64,000 nt of DNA from Moniliella sp. 'wahieum' (lineage: Eukaryota), in NCBI GenBank assembly GCA_003971905.1, contig RSEE01000078.1:124001-188000 (forward strand). The letters are read 5' to 3'. The position numbers and the translations under genes were made by a program. The notes beneath the pieces are model-generated. The model worked only from the letters and a program-made list of their open reading frames with translations, ran no database searches and was not told the origin of the DNA. Below, piece by piece: positions 49,340 to 61,827 of the stretch (position 1 is its first letter; each line of letters starts with the position of its first letter).

Positions 49340-51000
49340 ATGACATCCCGCCTCCCTTCCCGTCCCGAGCGCTTCTCCACCGCCCGCACCCACCAGAACG
49401 ACGACCCCGACACACTGTTTGTCCGCCAAGACCTCATTGGCAGGGCTCCTTTGGGTATGCCCTATCCCTTTCCCCTACGTCCCCCTTGCAGTCAGCACTG
49501 ACGCGTACAATCCAGTGAGGTTTATAAGGGGTTTTCAAAGCGTACCCGAAGCCCTGTTGCGATTAAGATTATCGACCTCGAAGCTGCCCAGGACGAGATC
49601 GACGACATCCAGGAAATTGCGATTCTCTCCCAGCTCGACAGTCCTTATGTGACCAAGTACCATGGATCCTGGCTCAAAGGGGCCAAATTATGGATCGTTA
49701 TGGAATATTGTGCAGCCGGTAGCTGTGCAGATCTGGTATGTTTCCTGTCCTTTGGATCGGACCGTATATGTGCTCAACGCTGACTCATTCCCAGTTGAAG
49801 CCCGGACGGTTCCCAGAAGCGTACATCGCCATTGTCTGTCGTGGTCTTCTGCAGGGCTTGACCTATCTTCACAACCAAGGCAAATTACACCGAGATATCA
49901 AGGCTGCAAACGTCCTCCTCACTGCTCGAGGCGACGTAAAGCTGGCCGACTTTGGCGTCTCTTCCCAACTGACAGCAACGATGACCAAGAAGAACACGTT
50001 TGTCGGTACCCCTTACTGGATGTCGCCCGAAGTGATCAAACAGTCTGGGTACGATGAAAAGGCTGATATCTGGTCATTGGGTATCACCGCCCTCGAGTTG
50101 GCTATGGGAGAACCGCCCTACGCAGACTTGCACCCGATGAAAGTCCTCTTCCTCATTCCGAAAAACCCCCCACCCCGACTCCCTGAAACCTTCTCCAAAC
50201 CGTTTCAGGACTTTGTTGCGCTCTGTTTGCAGCGGGACCCCACCCTTCGCCCCACGGCGGCCGAATTGCTCGACCACAAGTTCATCCGCCAAGCCAAGAA
50301 GGCATCCTATCTCACTGAGCTGATCGAGCGCTCCGAGCAGTACAAGACCACCCACCATCGGGAGACACTGGCCCCGCACAAGGATGCCACTCTTCTCCCC
50401 GAAATGGAGGCATGGGATTTTGGCACGCTCAAGGGCACGCTCCTCACGAACCCTTTGGACGAACCTATTCTGCCTCCTCCGACTGCACCGACTTCTTCCG
50501 TTCATCCCCCTTCTACTCCCGCGGCCTCCATTTCCACCTCCCGGGAAAACGTTCCCCCCGCTGTTCCCCCCACCACCGCCCCCCCTCCTCCCGGGGAGAG
50601 CAGTACCGTGCGCCGAGCCCCGCATGACTGGGACTTTGACACGTCCGCCTCCTTCCGAACCCAGCCTTCGCTAGGCCTTGGGAGCTTACGGGGAGCCTTC
50701 CCCGCGCCTCCGCCACGGCCCGACCTACCGCCTACGCCATCTCAGCCCGCGGCCAAGCCCGAGCCCGAGGAGGACACGGTGAGTGCCTACGACACCATCT
50801 TTGTGCCAGTGCTGCAACGCCTGCGGGAAGCCGTACTGTCTTCCCCCTCCCCCGGTGTGCCCCAGGAGGCGCGTGAGGCCAGCATCGACGCACTCAGCCG
50901 CGCACTGCTCCATGCCGAAGAACTCACGCCCGGGGTGGCGGGTGCGCTGGCGGTGGAAGTATTTCACGAGGTGGATGCGTGGCAACGGAACGAGGGGTAG
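49340..51000 (+). CDS. Ste20-group GCK-III/STK24-25-like Ser/Thr kinase
   Basis: N-terminal kinase domain: VAIKIIDLEAAQDEIDDIQ, LWIVMEYC, HRDIKAANVLL, DFGVSSQLTATMTKKNTFVGTPYWMSPE, HPMKVLFLIPKNPPP; introns about 49456-49514 and 49736-49794. No CRIB domain. Confidence 0.93.
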
Positions 51001-51510
51001 CGGAAGAGGGGAAATGTGCTTTGCCAAGTAAGCAGGATGGTCAGCTCAGTGCGGGTGCTTGAACCTATTGTGAACCCGCTGAGCATGAAGCACGAGATGC
51101 CTCATGTGCAGGCAGGAGGAGGGGGACAGGCGTGGGAGGGGAGCAAGGAGCAAGTCACTTAGACCTCTATTGGCGGCTCCACATCGAGATAGCAAGTCAC
51201 ATGTCACACACCTGACTGTGACCGTCGGAAGGGGGGGGGTGTGTAAAAAATTCGGATGTGATGTAGATTTGGCTGAACTTGAACTAATGACTAGCCCCGG
51301 GCGGGGAAGCGAGGCGCAGGCGCGTGCTTGCCCCAATTAGAAAGTAGGTGAGCACACCTGCCCAATAAGTACTGCTGACGAAAGCCTCTGTTGGCCTGAA
51401 TCGTGAATCCACCCACCACGCCCAGCTGCCTCCGCCGCTTCCCCCCTCCCCTTTCCCCCTCCCCCCCTGCCCCCTCCATTGCGCCCAAGCCCAGCCAGCT
51501 GCGACGGGCA

Positions 51511-53766
51511 ATGGCTCCTCCAAGCAAACGGCCGCGCTACTCGGACCTGGCGCTGGGAGTGGGCTGTGCGCTCGACGGCGCCTATGCGCCCTTGCCGCCC
51601 AACTCGCTGGGGCTCGTCACCGACCCCTCCTTCGTCAGCCCCCCGCTCCTCGCCCCCGCCAGCACCCCCGCCTGCATCGGTCTTCCCTGCCCGGCCGCCA
51701 CCCCCGTCTCGCCCCAGCCCGTCTGGGGCAGTGGTCCAGTCTCGCCGCAGGGGGCGAGGCTGGACAAACCACTGCGCCGTGCTGCCCCTTCGCCCCTGCG
51801 CGCCAGTAGAGGCACCCTCATCCACCGTGATGACATTGCTGCATTTGAACAGTGGGCCCAACCCTCGCCACCGACCATCCAGCTGCCCTCCGCCGCCGCC
51901 GCCTCTCCTCGTGTCTTCCCCGGAACAGGAGAGCATTACCACTACCACCCCTGTCTCTGCCACACCTGCCACACCTGTCGCTCGTCCCGCTCGGTCAGAG
52001 GGCCTGTTGCTCTGGAAGAACGACTGAATCAACTCACGCCGGAAAAGAAGAATCCATGGGCTGCTGTCCGTCTGCGGCCCATCCCGCCTCCACGCACCCC
52101 GCCGCCAGGCCCCACCCCGTCCCGTCCTTCGTCCCGCACCACCGGACCAAGAGACCGAACGAAACCGCCGTCATTGGCGGCTCAGTTGGCTCAGCAGTTC
52201 TCCCCTGCCATCCTCTCGGAGGCGTTGCGGCTTCATTCGCAAGCGCTTACTACCAACCCCCTTGCCTCTGACTCACCCTCGTCGATCCCCGCCCCACGTC
52301 CCGCGCCTCCCTCTGCACATCCCTCCGCATCTCCAGTGGCTTCTACCACAGCATCTTCGGTAGCTGCATTGGCATCAGTATCTGCCGCCGCACCTGCCTC
52401 TGCGCCTGCCTCCGCACCTGCCTCTGCACCTGCCTCTGCACTGCCTCTGCACCTGTCTCCGCACCTGTATCTGCACCTGCATCTGCATCGGCGCCTGCAC
52501 TTCCCATACCTGCGGCGCCTGTATCTACACCAATGCCTGCACGTACGATCCCATCAGTGCCTGCACCTGCACCCATTTCATTCGAGAAACAGGAGCGTCC
52601 TGCCCGGCCTGCTTCCCCTCCAAAGGGCCCGCGCCCATCCCGTGTTCCCCGTCGGCACTGGTGCGCCACCTTGCATCTACTTTTGCACCAGAGGAAACGG
52701 AAAAACCTTCTACGTCATCCTCCTCTACCAATCCTCCGCCTCCTCCTGTCCCAGGAGGTGTGGGAGACAGGATTCGAGCACTCTCCCTTCCCTTTTCCCC
52801 CTCTTGCGCCGCCCCAGATCGAGCCACGGCCTCGACAAACCTCTCAACCCGGGGTGGTCGTACGAATCAGGAGGGGGGAAGTGGTACGAGAGGCCAAGGG
52901 TCCGTTCCCGGCACAGCTCCAAAAGCGTCCCTCAACCACACAACCGTCTGCTTCTCAACAAGGTACTCAGGCACCTTTTCCCCTTAAGGCCCATCAAGCC
53001 TCGCCCGTCCGTGTCAATCTCCATCCCACACCGCACGGTCCCAACCATGCGTCTGGCCTTGGCACTGCTACTCGTGAAGCCGCCTGTTCCGGTGTACATC
53101 CTCCGGGCCCTCTACGGTCCACGGGAAAGGAGAGTCACCCTCTTCGACCCGCAGGCCATCCTGCCCACACGTCCCACCCCATCGGTGCGCATTCTCCCAC
53201 TGCGACTGCCCGATCTCCTACCGGTCCCTCCGACCTGCGTTCCGTACCAAGCATTCTCCTGGGCGCAAAGTCACTTTCTCTCTCCCCCACGCACGGGGGG
53301 AGATCCTGTACCGGCCCAACGACCGGCATGGCTCGATTCGCATTTAATACCGCGTGTCCACCGTGCCGCTGGCCAGCGCCATCAGCGCCATCAGCGCCAT
53401 CACCTGGGTCGGCCGCTCCGCGGGCGAGTCGTTCCCCTTCGAGCTTGCCTGGTGCGCGCCACCCGTCCACCCCGTTTCCACCCGGGGCTCAGCCGTCGCC
53501 AAATCACACTCACCATCGCATCCACCCCGCATCACCCCTTACCTTCCGAGCCGTCATGGACTCTTCCCCGACCCCCTGCCTCGTCCGCCCCTCGGCCCGT
53601 CAAGAGTCCCCCCCGCCCGCGCCTCGCTTCGTCCGTCCTCAAGATTGTCCAGGCGGTGGAGGAGAGTGAGAAGGAGCCCGGCACCCGTCCCCCCCGCACG
53701 GTCGGGACGCGAAAGCCGCCACCGCAAACCAAGGTGGGCTCGTTACGCTCCGTGTGGGAACGATAG
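51511..53766 (+). CDS. Hypothetical Pro/Ser/Ala-rich disordered protein
   Basis: Long open frames with internal frameshifts; starts MAPPSKRPRY (NLS-like) and ends KVGSLRSVWER*. Confidence 0.6.
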   Translation: MAPPSKRPRYSDLALGVGCALDGAYAPLPPNSLGLVTDPSFVSPPLLAPASTPACIGLPCPAATPVSPQPVWGSGPVSPQGARLDKPLRRAAPSPLRASRGTLIHRDDIAAFEQWAQPSPPTIQLPSAAAASPRVFPGTGEHYHYHPCLCHTCHTCRSSRSVRGPVALEERLNQLTPEKKNPWAAVRLRPIPPPRTPPPGPTPSRPSSRTTGPRDRTKPPSLAAQLAQQFSPAILSEALRLHSQALTTNPLASDSPSSIPAPRPAPPSAHPSASPVASTTASSVAALASVSAAAPASAPASAPASAPASALPLHLSPHLYLHLHLHRRLHFPYLRRLYLHQCLHVRSHQCLHLHPFHSRNRSVLPGLLPLQRARAHPVFPVGTGAPPCIYFCTRGNGKTFYVILLYQSSASSCPRRCGRQDSSTLPSLFPLLRRPRSSHGLDKPLNPGWSYESGGGKWYERPRVRSRHSSKSVPQPHNRLLLNKVLRHLFPLRPIKPRPSVSISIPHRTVPTMRLALALLLVKPPVPVYILRALYGPRERRVTLFDPQAILPTRPTPSVRILPLRLPDLLPVPPTCVPYQAFSWAQSHFLSPPRTGGDPVPAQRPAWLDSHLIPRVHRAAGQRHQRHQRHHLGRPLRGRVVPLRACLVRATRPPRFHPGLSRRQITLTIASTPHHPLPSEPSWTLPRPPASSAPRPVKSPPRPRLASSVLKIVQAVEESEKEPGTRPPRTVGTRKPPPQTKVGSLRSVWER
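52387..52500 (+). repeat. Coding 12-bp minisatellite (GCACCTGCCTCT)n, encoding APAS
   Basis: Repeated GCACCTGYCTCY units inside the Pro/Ser-rich gene. Confidence 0.8.
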
Positions 53767-54803
53767 GATAGCCTGGCCGTCTCTGTCTTGGACCTTGGTT
53801 CTCATCTTTCAGCTCATATGTATATACGCGCTTTGGACCTATCCTACAGGAGACTCTATAGGCAACGATTTAAAAGGAAAAGAGGAACAGAGGAAGAAAG
53901 AAGAAGCACCCAAAGGTGATAGGAGCGGGGATAATGAAGAAGCCGTGCTTTGTTGTCGATGATACTCATTCAGACTGTTGTTGAATGTACGAACTGGCAC
54001 AGTATAGGTTCGAGAGGAATTAAGGACAAACACTTATCAACGCAGGATGAGAACCAGAAGCAAAAAACGGATCAAAGAACATCTAGACCACAGGCCCATA
54101 GACATAGCCGTGGGTGGATACATGTGTGTCCCGTCAGACGACCTGGTGGTCTCCCCACACTGTGGAGAGGACCATCAATATATCAAATGGATCAATATAT
54201 GATGAAGTGGATCTGCGTCAACAGCCGAGAACGTTGTAAAGAGACTCTTGATGGTGGCCACCCCATTCCCCTCGTTTTTTGTCCAGGTGGGGTGCTCTGC
54301 TCTCTACACTTTTGTCCTTCTTGGCTCTTTCTGTACCGCATATTGTGACGGGCCTGGCGCGGGTTTCTCTGCGCTCTCTTCGTACAGCACCTGTGACTCT
54401 CCGATGCCGAGCTAGGCTCTCGGAGACCCAGAACTTCTTGCTGCAGCCCCATCATATTCTGGTCACATATATGCGCAAAGGCATACCAACGCAACCCTTG
54501 GAAAGCACTATTAACTTGTCAGTTATAGATCCCAGTGCAAGCCTAAGCCATGAGTGTGTCCCCCTCTACGAATGGAAACATCTTGCAGATATACTTCTCT
54601 GCCCCATGAATACCTCTCGCCTATTAGGCTACTAAGGATTAACGGCACGTCTCAGAAAAACCGAGTCCATCAAACAAGACGATTGCGATGCAAGATAAAG
54701 GTGCATGAGGATGAGAGAGGGAAAACCACAGACACCTCCAAAAAAGAAAGGGACTGAGACGAGACGCCAGCAAAAAGAGACAAGTGTCACCACACAATTC
54801 GCA

Positions 54804-56326
54804 TCAACAAGGATGGTACGACCTAGGCGAGTCCATGGGACCTAACGCAGAACCTCCATCCGGCCTCACGATCCCGCAAGATGCCCAACGAACCCGATCG
54901 TACGTTCTGCCTCCGTCCACATCGACTCCCCTGTCTTGCCTTGCGTGCCAGCCTGCTTCGTGCCGCAAAACGTGCTGAGTATGGGATGGAAGACCCATCT
55001 GAGGCCGCCGTGCATGCTCAGCTCCATATCCAGAACCAGAACCAAAACCAGCTTCAAATCCCGATCCAGTTCCCGATCCCGACCATGGCGCCGGCCCAGA
55101 TCCGTATGCGGCAGCGTCCTGTTCCATCTCCCAATTTCGCCCTGGGCGGTGAAAGGTTGAACGGGGCGGGGAATGGTAGACCAACTCTCGCCCTTGTTGC
55201 GGCGGCAGGTACGAGTGGGCGTTCTGGATGGGAGGGTGGGTGAAGGGCTGGCAAGGGCCGTAACGGCGGTATTCCGGACCATCATACGCTTGAGGGAAAT
55301 GGCCAGATTCGGACGGGCGCAGTCGGTCCGTCGGTCGATCATAGCAGACAGTAGAGTAGGAACGAGCTGGTCTGCCGCTTCTCCGATCCAGAGAACGGTT
55401 GGGGGACAAGGGAGGGAAGTGCGGTACGGCGGGGCAACCGAGCGCCGCGAGTAGTCGTTCCCCTCTTCCCAACCATTGGGAGCGCCATCATGGGAGCCGT
55501 TGGCATGGTAGGCAGGAGCGGAGCGGAGTAAGGCGTGTGCGTCCTCTGGGTGAGGGGGATACTGGGCCCCGTACGGATGCGGCGTAGGGTAGGAATTAGA
55601 GTATGAGGAATAGGGGCGGGATACGTGCGATGAGTCCCGAGGTAGCTGGTCGTGGAGGGAGGCGGGATAATAGTGATTGGTGTAATGCGCTGTGGGCGAA
55701 CGAGCGGCCAAGACATCGTCCTGTTGTTGCAATTGACGTCGCAGTTGGCGCACCGCCCTGCCTTGCCGTCGGTGCAGGCGGGGCAAACTGGACTGCAACT
55801 CCTCCTGGCTCATCAACGGCGCTGTCCGCACCTCTTCCTGTCTGGTACTGCAGACGGTAAACCCATATTCACGGCACAGCGTGCACCTTAGGTCCGCATA
55901 CGGGTCGGCACCCAACTGGCTCAGGATCTTGGGACGGTCACACGACCGCTTCAATCGTCGGCACGCTATGCATGACGTCCCGGGCCGGTTGCGGATGGGA
56001 GGGGTGTTCGCGTTACTGCTTTTGCGGCGCACAGTGGGTTGCTTCCGAGTGAGGCCGATGCTGGGATTGGAAGAAGAGGTGGGAGCTGGCGCCTGCTCTT
56101 CGGCCTCCTTCTCGGCTGTGAACTCAGGGGGGGGCACCTGCTCAAACTCGTCCTGCTCAGGCTCAAGCTCGTCCTGCTCAAGCTCACACTGACCATGCTC
56201 TTCTTCTTCAGCTTCGGACTTGGGAGAGGCGTCAGACCCCTCACGCTCCGAGGAGGTGGGGTGGGACAAAAGGGTGCGTTCAGGTTCTGTTGGAGAGGGA
56301 GACCGACGAGTACTGGGGACGGGCAT
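54804..56326 (-). CDS. Zn(II)2Cys6 fungal transcription factor
   Basis: SCIACRRLKRSCDRPKILSQLGADPYADLRCTLCREYGFTVC preceded by basic RKQPTVRRK; frameshift near 55470. Start uncertain (could be upstream near 56460). Confidence 0.82.
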
Positions 56327-59300
56327 CCGCCCAGAAAGGAGGTGAAGGTGGCGGTCTGGCGGAGGTGAGGCTGCAGAGGGCGGGTGGCGGCGATGGTGTG
56401 CGGCGAAATTGGGGGCTGGGGGCAGGGAGGCCCCAGGATGCGGGAGAAACTCATGGGCATGCAGGCAGGAGTTGAGGCAGTATACGTGGAGAAGGGGGGG
56501 GAAGGGGGGAAGCGGGTGTGTGGCTGTGGAGGGGAGGATGGGTTGGGAGAGTTGGAGCATGGGGGAAGGGTGACTAGGGAATGTGCTGCGATTGACGATG
56601 AGGGGTGCTGGCAGAGTGTGACTAGTAACGAATGAAGCGACAGGATGGACGGCTGGGTGAAGCAGCAGGGATGCAACCGGAAGACGGGGTTATATGGTGT
56701 AGCACGGCAGTAGTCCTGGGCGCTGCTCCTGTTAGGATGGTGCCCGAGCCCTGAACGACAGACGGTGCCGAGTTGCAAGAGAAATGTGCGCCGCGGCTGA
56801 GCGGTTGCCCCTTCAACGTCTTCAACGTTCATCGGCCTTGGGCCGTACACCCGTATTGCGCCGACGCTGCTATCCACGTACTATCGGAAGAACGACGGCC
56901 TGGTCCGACCGGCCCGCCCACAGCGGGCAGCACACTGACTATACAGCCTGCCCCATCTGCAGGCATCAACGGCAGCTGTATCCACAGTCAGGCTTCAAAA
57001 GCTTGACCGCTATTGATGCTTCACACTTGCCGGTTGAATGGGCCAAAAGTCGATGACGGATAAACAAGCGGATGAACGTACTGCTGCCCTATCGAGCCGC
57101 ATCATCGACCACGGTAGCTTTCCTCCACCACTCTCATTACGAGCATATCAGAACAGCAGGGACGGCACGGCGGCTTGGGCGCTTAGGGTGTGAGACCCGT
57201 GGTGTGTGTTTCATTTTGATGAGAATGCGATTACAGGCTGTGGTTCGGACTGGGCGGGCAGGAGGAGTGTGTACGGGGCGGGGGCTTTCGGAAGTAGACG
57301 GGACGAGGGATGGGGCAGAGGGCATGGCGCATGGTGGGAGACGCAGGATGGGCCAGGCGCTCCTTCCCTCCTCTTCTCTTCCTCGGGTGGGGAGCCGAGA
57401 AGGAGGGGCGATCGATTATCCGATGATAGTCGGCGGGCAGGGCAGCACAGCGCTCTGCTGCGGAGCAGCCAACACGCTGCTCTCGGCTGGCGTGTCTGAG
57501 GGTGTCATCGATGTCATCGATCTGTCATCCCATCACCCATCACACCAGCGGTCTCCGGTGGTTGGCAGTGGTGATGCGTGATGGCGTCAGCAGCTGCGGA
57601 TGTCACATGTCACGCGGTCAGCGCGTCAGAACATCACCTCCAGCGTGACCTCACCCGTCACGTCAGCCGTCATCGACTGGCCTTCGACCCATCCCATCAT
57701 GCGCTCAAGCTGATGAGGCGGGAAGGTGGGATTATCGATTGGCAGACCCAAGAAGGCGACACACACGACACTCACATGTCACATGCATTGCATTACACCA
57801 ACTCGCTTCTCCCGGGGCCCCGCTGCCCCCGCCTTGGCTTGATCTGAAGCTGGGAGTGTGAGTACCATGTGAGATAGATAGGAAATGAGCATGGGGGCAC
57901 CCGTAATATCCGTCGTCTTCCCGCTCCGCTCTCCTCTCTCAAGATGCATCAGATCTCATCCGTCCCATACTCTAGAGGGGTTATATACACCCTGCTCACT
58001 CATGGACCAGGTTTGTACCACATCGGGTGCAAGAAAGAAGCCTGCAAGCATGTCGTAAGCCCCCCGGCCACCAACTGCCAGCGCCGCCCCTTCTCTCGTG
58101 TTGCCTATGTCCACATTCCCTTCTTCCTGAGTGAGCGCCGCTCATATTTAAAACCCGTTAAACGTTATAAACGTACGTACCAAAAAACGTCTCCGCACGG
58201 TTCATCGCTTCAGAGCTTCAGCACCCAGTAACTAGTAACTGTAGGTAAGTACACTCACAGTGCTCTCAGGCCTCACATGCTCATAGTCGCTTTACGATAT
58301 GCTTCAAGTTTCAGCACAGTTGCTCGCCCAGCTGAACGTACCGAACGCTACTATGAACGTGTGAACGTTGAACTCAACGTCCTCAACACGTTGCACACGA
58401 TCCTATATTGAGTACGTTGAGTTTACTCTTCTCCCTCACAGGTCTCAGATCTCACACCTATATAATAGTAGGCCAGATCAGTAGGCCTCACTAGCTCATT
58501 CCTCGGAACTCCGTGCGCAGCCGGAGTCCTACGAGCACATGCAGGGTACTAGAGTAGTTCAGTTCAGCGAGCTCATGTTTTGCATGCTGTCTCGACGGTC
58601 AAAACGCTTCCTTCAAGCTTCAAGCTTCACGCTTCACCCTCAGATGGGAATGGTGTCACGGAATGGTGTGGAGCTAGTAGTGTGCATGGTCGAACCCATG
58701 TGGCGGGTGTGAATAAGATAACGGCCTATAGAGCTCTGGATGAGTTCAACTGCACGTCGCCATCAAGCTGGATCCCTCTACAAATTAAAACCCCCGAGCA
58801 CACTCTATATTACGTCTTGCTGCGCACTCTCGCTAAACCTCTACTGGCTTCGTGCGCACCTCCTCTCGGGTTGGAATACCCACAGGGCGAACATATCGAT
58901 AATGAGGAGTAGCGCCGTGCCGAACATGCACAGCTGTTTGACAAGCTTGCCAACTGAGGCAGCCCAGGTCCAACCATTGTACAGGGCATTTCACTCCCCG
59001 CAGTAACTGCTTTTGATATGACACAGTGTGTTGTATCTCCCGAGAAACGGTACTCCACCTGCTTTTCTCCCTCCTTCGGTTCAGAGAGAAGATGGGTACG
59101 GTGTCAACATGTCAACGAAGATAGACGTCATCATTCTCTCTCTAGAGTTTGGACTCTTCTCGGCACACCGTAGAGGAGAAGGGATTATCGCTTGTTCATA
59201 GATGAGAGCTTGCCTCTCCGTCGATAGGAGGTTGAATAAAGGCTACCCACTGTTCTTCGTGATATGCTCAAGCTAAGCAAGAGGGACAAAAACACCCCGC

Positions 59301-60228
59301 TGTACCTAGACCGACCTAATCATGCGACTCGTGCTGCTTGTTGGCGCCAAAAAACCCGTTTAAGAAACCAGGGAGTTGCTCGCAGTTCAGGGCTTCCTTC
59401 CGTCCGCCATTCTCGGTTACAAACTCGTGGTAGCGCGCGTGTATACGAATGAGCATGGTAGGCGTCGGTGCGGTAGAGGTTGAACCATATCCAATGACAC
59501 TCTTGAGCTAATTCTTCCTAGTGTCCAAACATCTTGGTCTCGTCATGGTGGCATATAGCATCCTCGCATCGTCATCGCGCCATAACCAAAGGGAAGAAAG
59601 GTCCTTGGGTGAGGTCCTGTGCTACTTGGCGTTACACTCGTATTCCGCCTGTTCTGGCACAGTCGGAGCAACTCCTTCCCCCGGCGTGCCAAAAAGGCTA
59701 CTTGCGGTTCTCTCATGTATACCACCATCGATCAATACGGAAACATCCCCTCCCATGTTCACCAGTTCCGCAACGTGGGGTCCACCTTTATTCCTGACCC
59801 TCCGAATGCTCCGGAGGTGCCATCAGTCAGTAGTTAGTACGCATCGCCTTCCTCCCCCAAACGTCTCGTGTCGTTGTCCTTCCTCTCCACCATCGGCTCT
59901 TTTTGTGGATGTGGATGGCAGGGATGGAGCGCATTAGCTGTGGAGGGTCGACTGGCCATAAAATTGCGGCCTCTACCATGCGGAGGAAGAGCACCGAGGT
60001 CAATAACGACCATCTTTTATTCTTGGTATCTTTGTCAGTATCCCCACCCGAGTTGCCTAGCATGGCCGGAATGTGCGCTTGGATTCATATGGGGAACCGA
60101 AGCGTGCGCGAGAAGAGAAGAGGTCATGTTGGTTTTTTGGTTGTGCCCCCTGATGAAGTCGATGAAGTGTGGTATGTGACCTTTTCATATGCTTCAACCT
60201 TCTCTCATCATCTCGATCAGATTAGTAT

Positions 60229-61091
60229 TGTCACGGGGGGGGGTCCCGAGGTGGGACCCCCCCTGTAGTTTAGGGGTATAAACCCTTGGACAGGTCAATC
60301 GGTGGCTCGTACGTTAGGTCCTGCTCCAGATCCTGGTTGAACCGAGCGGGTGTAGAGGCTAGGGAGAGACCCTCTAGTTTGGGTGGCTGCCTGCGTGCAA
60401 AGGCCGCAGTCCAGACCCTCCGAGGTAGGAGCCCGTGTACGTAGGTCGTTAGACCAGCTGAAGGGGTCCAGGAGCTCCGGAGCTACTCCGTTCCTCGCGC
60501 GCGTTACCACACCTGGTAAGCTATAGTTGGCGGGAACGGACAGAGTCCTAAAGAAGAGCAAGTGCTACTGATAGTAACCGCGACTTGCAGAGTGCTCGAC
60601 GTAAGTCGTAAATTCGTAAACGTAAGGGTGGTAGAAGGTGGAAGGGCGAGAGAGGAACTGGTAGTCGGGGAGACCAACGGTAGTAGACAGGATGGTCGAC
60701 AAGGACCACAGCTAGCAAGCCTTAGACATGGCTGCTTATATACACCACAGCAGAAGGAACCAGGCCTCGAGTGCCTCATGACAAGTATGGACAGAATGCG
60801 GGGCACTTCCCAGAAAGGTAAAGACTAATGTACAGCCCTTGCTTCCCAAGGCGCTGACGCTACGTAGTCGGGCGCAGCAGTAAGGGTTCTCCCAAGACTG
60901 GACGCAATAGTCACAAAGCATCGTACCGATAAGCCCATGCGACCATGGCGGGCCGCGGATGATATCCGCAGCAAGGATAAGGTGTCGACTGGCTCTCTCT
61001 CGCTAGCCTATCCGGACTGACGCGTGTTGTACTGAGATGTCTACGACATGCGGGGCTCAGCGTCCGGAGATAACCGGAGCGCCCCGTAACA
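60229..61091 (-). mobile_element. Solo LTR of an LTR retrotransposon (863 bp)
   Basis: Ends TGTCACGGGG..CCCCGTAACA (TG..CA, 9/10 inverted match), flanked by AGTAT at 60224-60228 and 61092-61096; no gag/pol. Orientation inferred from TATATAA on the minus strand near 60735-60741. Confidence 0.88.
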
Positions 61092-61827
61092 AGTATGATC
61101 CTCTGACCGAGGAGGGGGCTTACTGATTGCCTTTCGTGTTTTGGTCTTGAGGCGTTTCTGGTACGTGCTGTCGGTCCCCGCCTAATACGAGTCGAGGTGT
61201 GGAGGAGTGGTGATGGTTTGGGTACATCCGCGCTGGTTGAGGGAGGCCCGCGCTTTTCTTATCAAATTGTATGGTAAGTAAGGCCTAAGGAAAGGTCAAC
61301 ACGACTGTACAGATTAGCCGACCATCATTGCCTGATGTATGATTAGCCGTGGTGCAATGATCTTCGGCACGTGGCGAGAGACTTGGCGTTTGAATCGTGC
61401 ACAACGATGGTTACTGATAATGCAAATGATCGATGATCGATGATCGTCGATCGCTGTGAATAAATAGGGGTAGACGCGTATAGACGCTGCGTAGTCCACA
61501 ATGATGTCATGCGTCGCTCCTCTCAGATCTGTGCCCACCGTTTCCTAGTAGCTTGGTAGAATGGCCGCCATGCCATTGGCCTCCATTGGGCGGGCGCGAG
61601 TCAGCCAACGCCGCAGGAGCTCCATCAGACCCATCGAGTGGGCCTCGTGGGCGAAGCGTTGCTGTGTATTATGTGCGCCATCATTATAATGTCGACTCTT
61701 TCTTGATCATCTAATTTGTTGACGCAAGACCGCCCCTGACTCCCTCCACTACGATCATCGCTTCTCTTTGGCTCAGTACATCGCTCCTTCCCCAACACGC
61801 AGCCGGTATCCATCGCCAATCGCCTCG

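Noticed and set aside
49340..51000. Ste20-family kinase as a marker of a mating-type locus
   Set aside because: The kinase domain is N-terminal with no CRIB domain (GCK type, not PAK STE20), and no homeodomain, pheromone receptor or convincing CAAX pheromone ORF is seen in the window.
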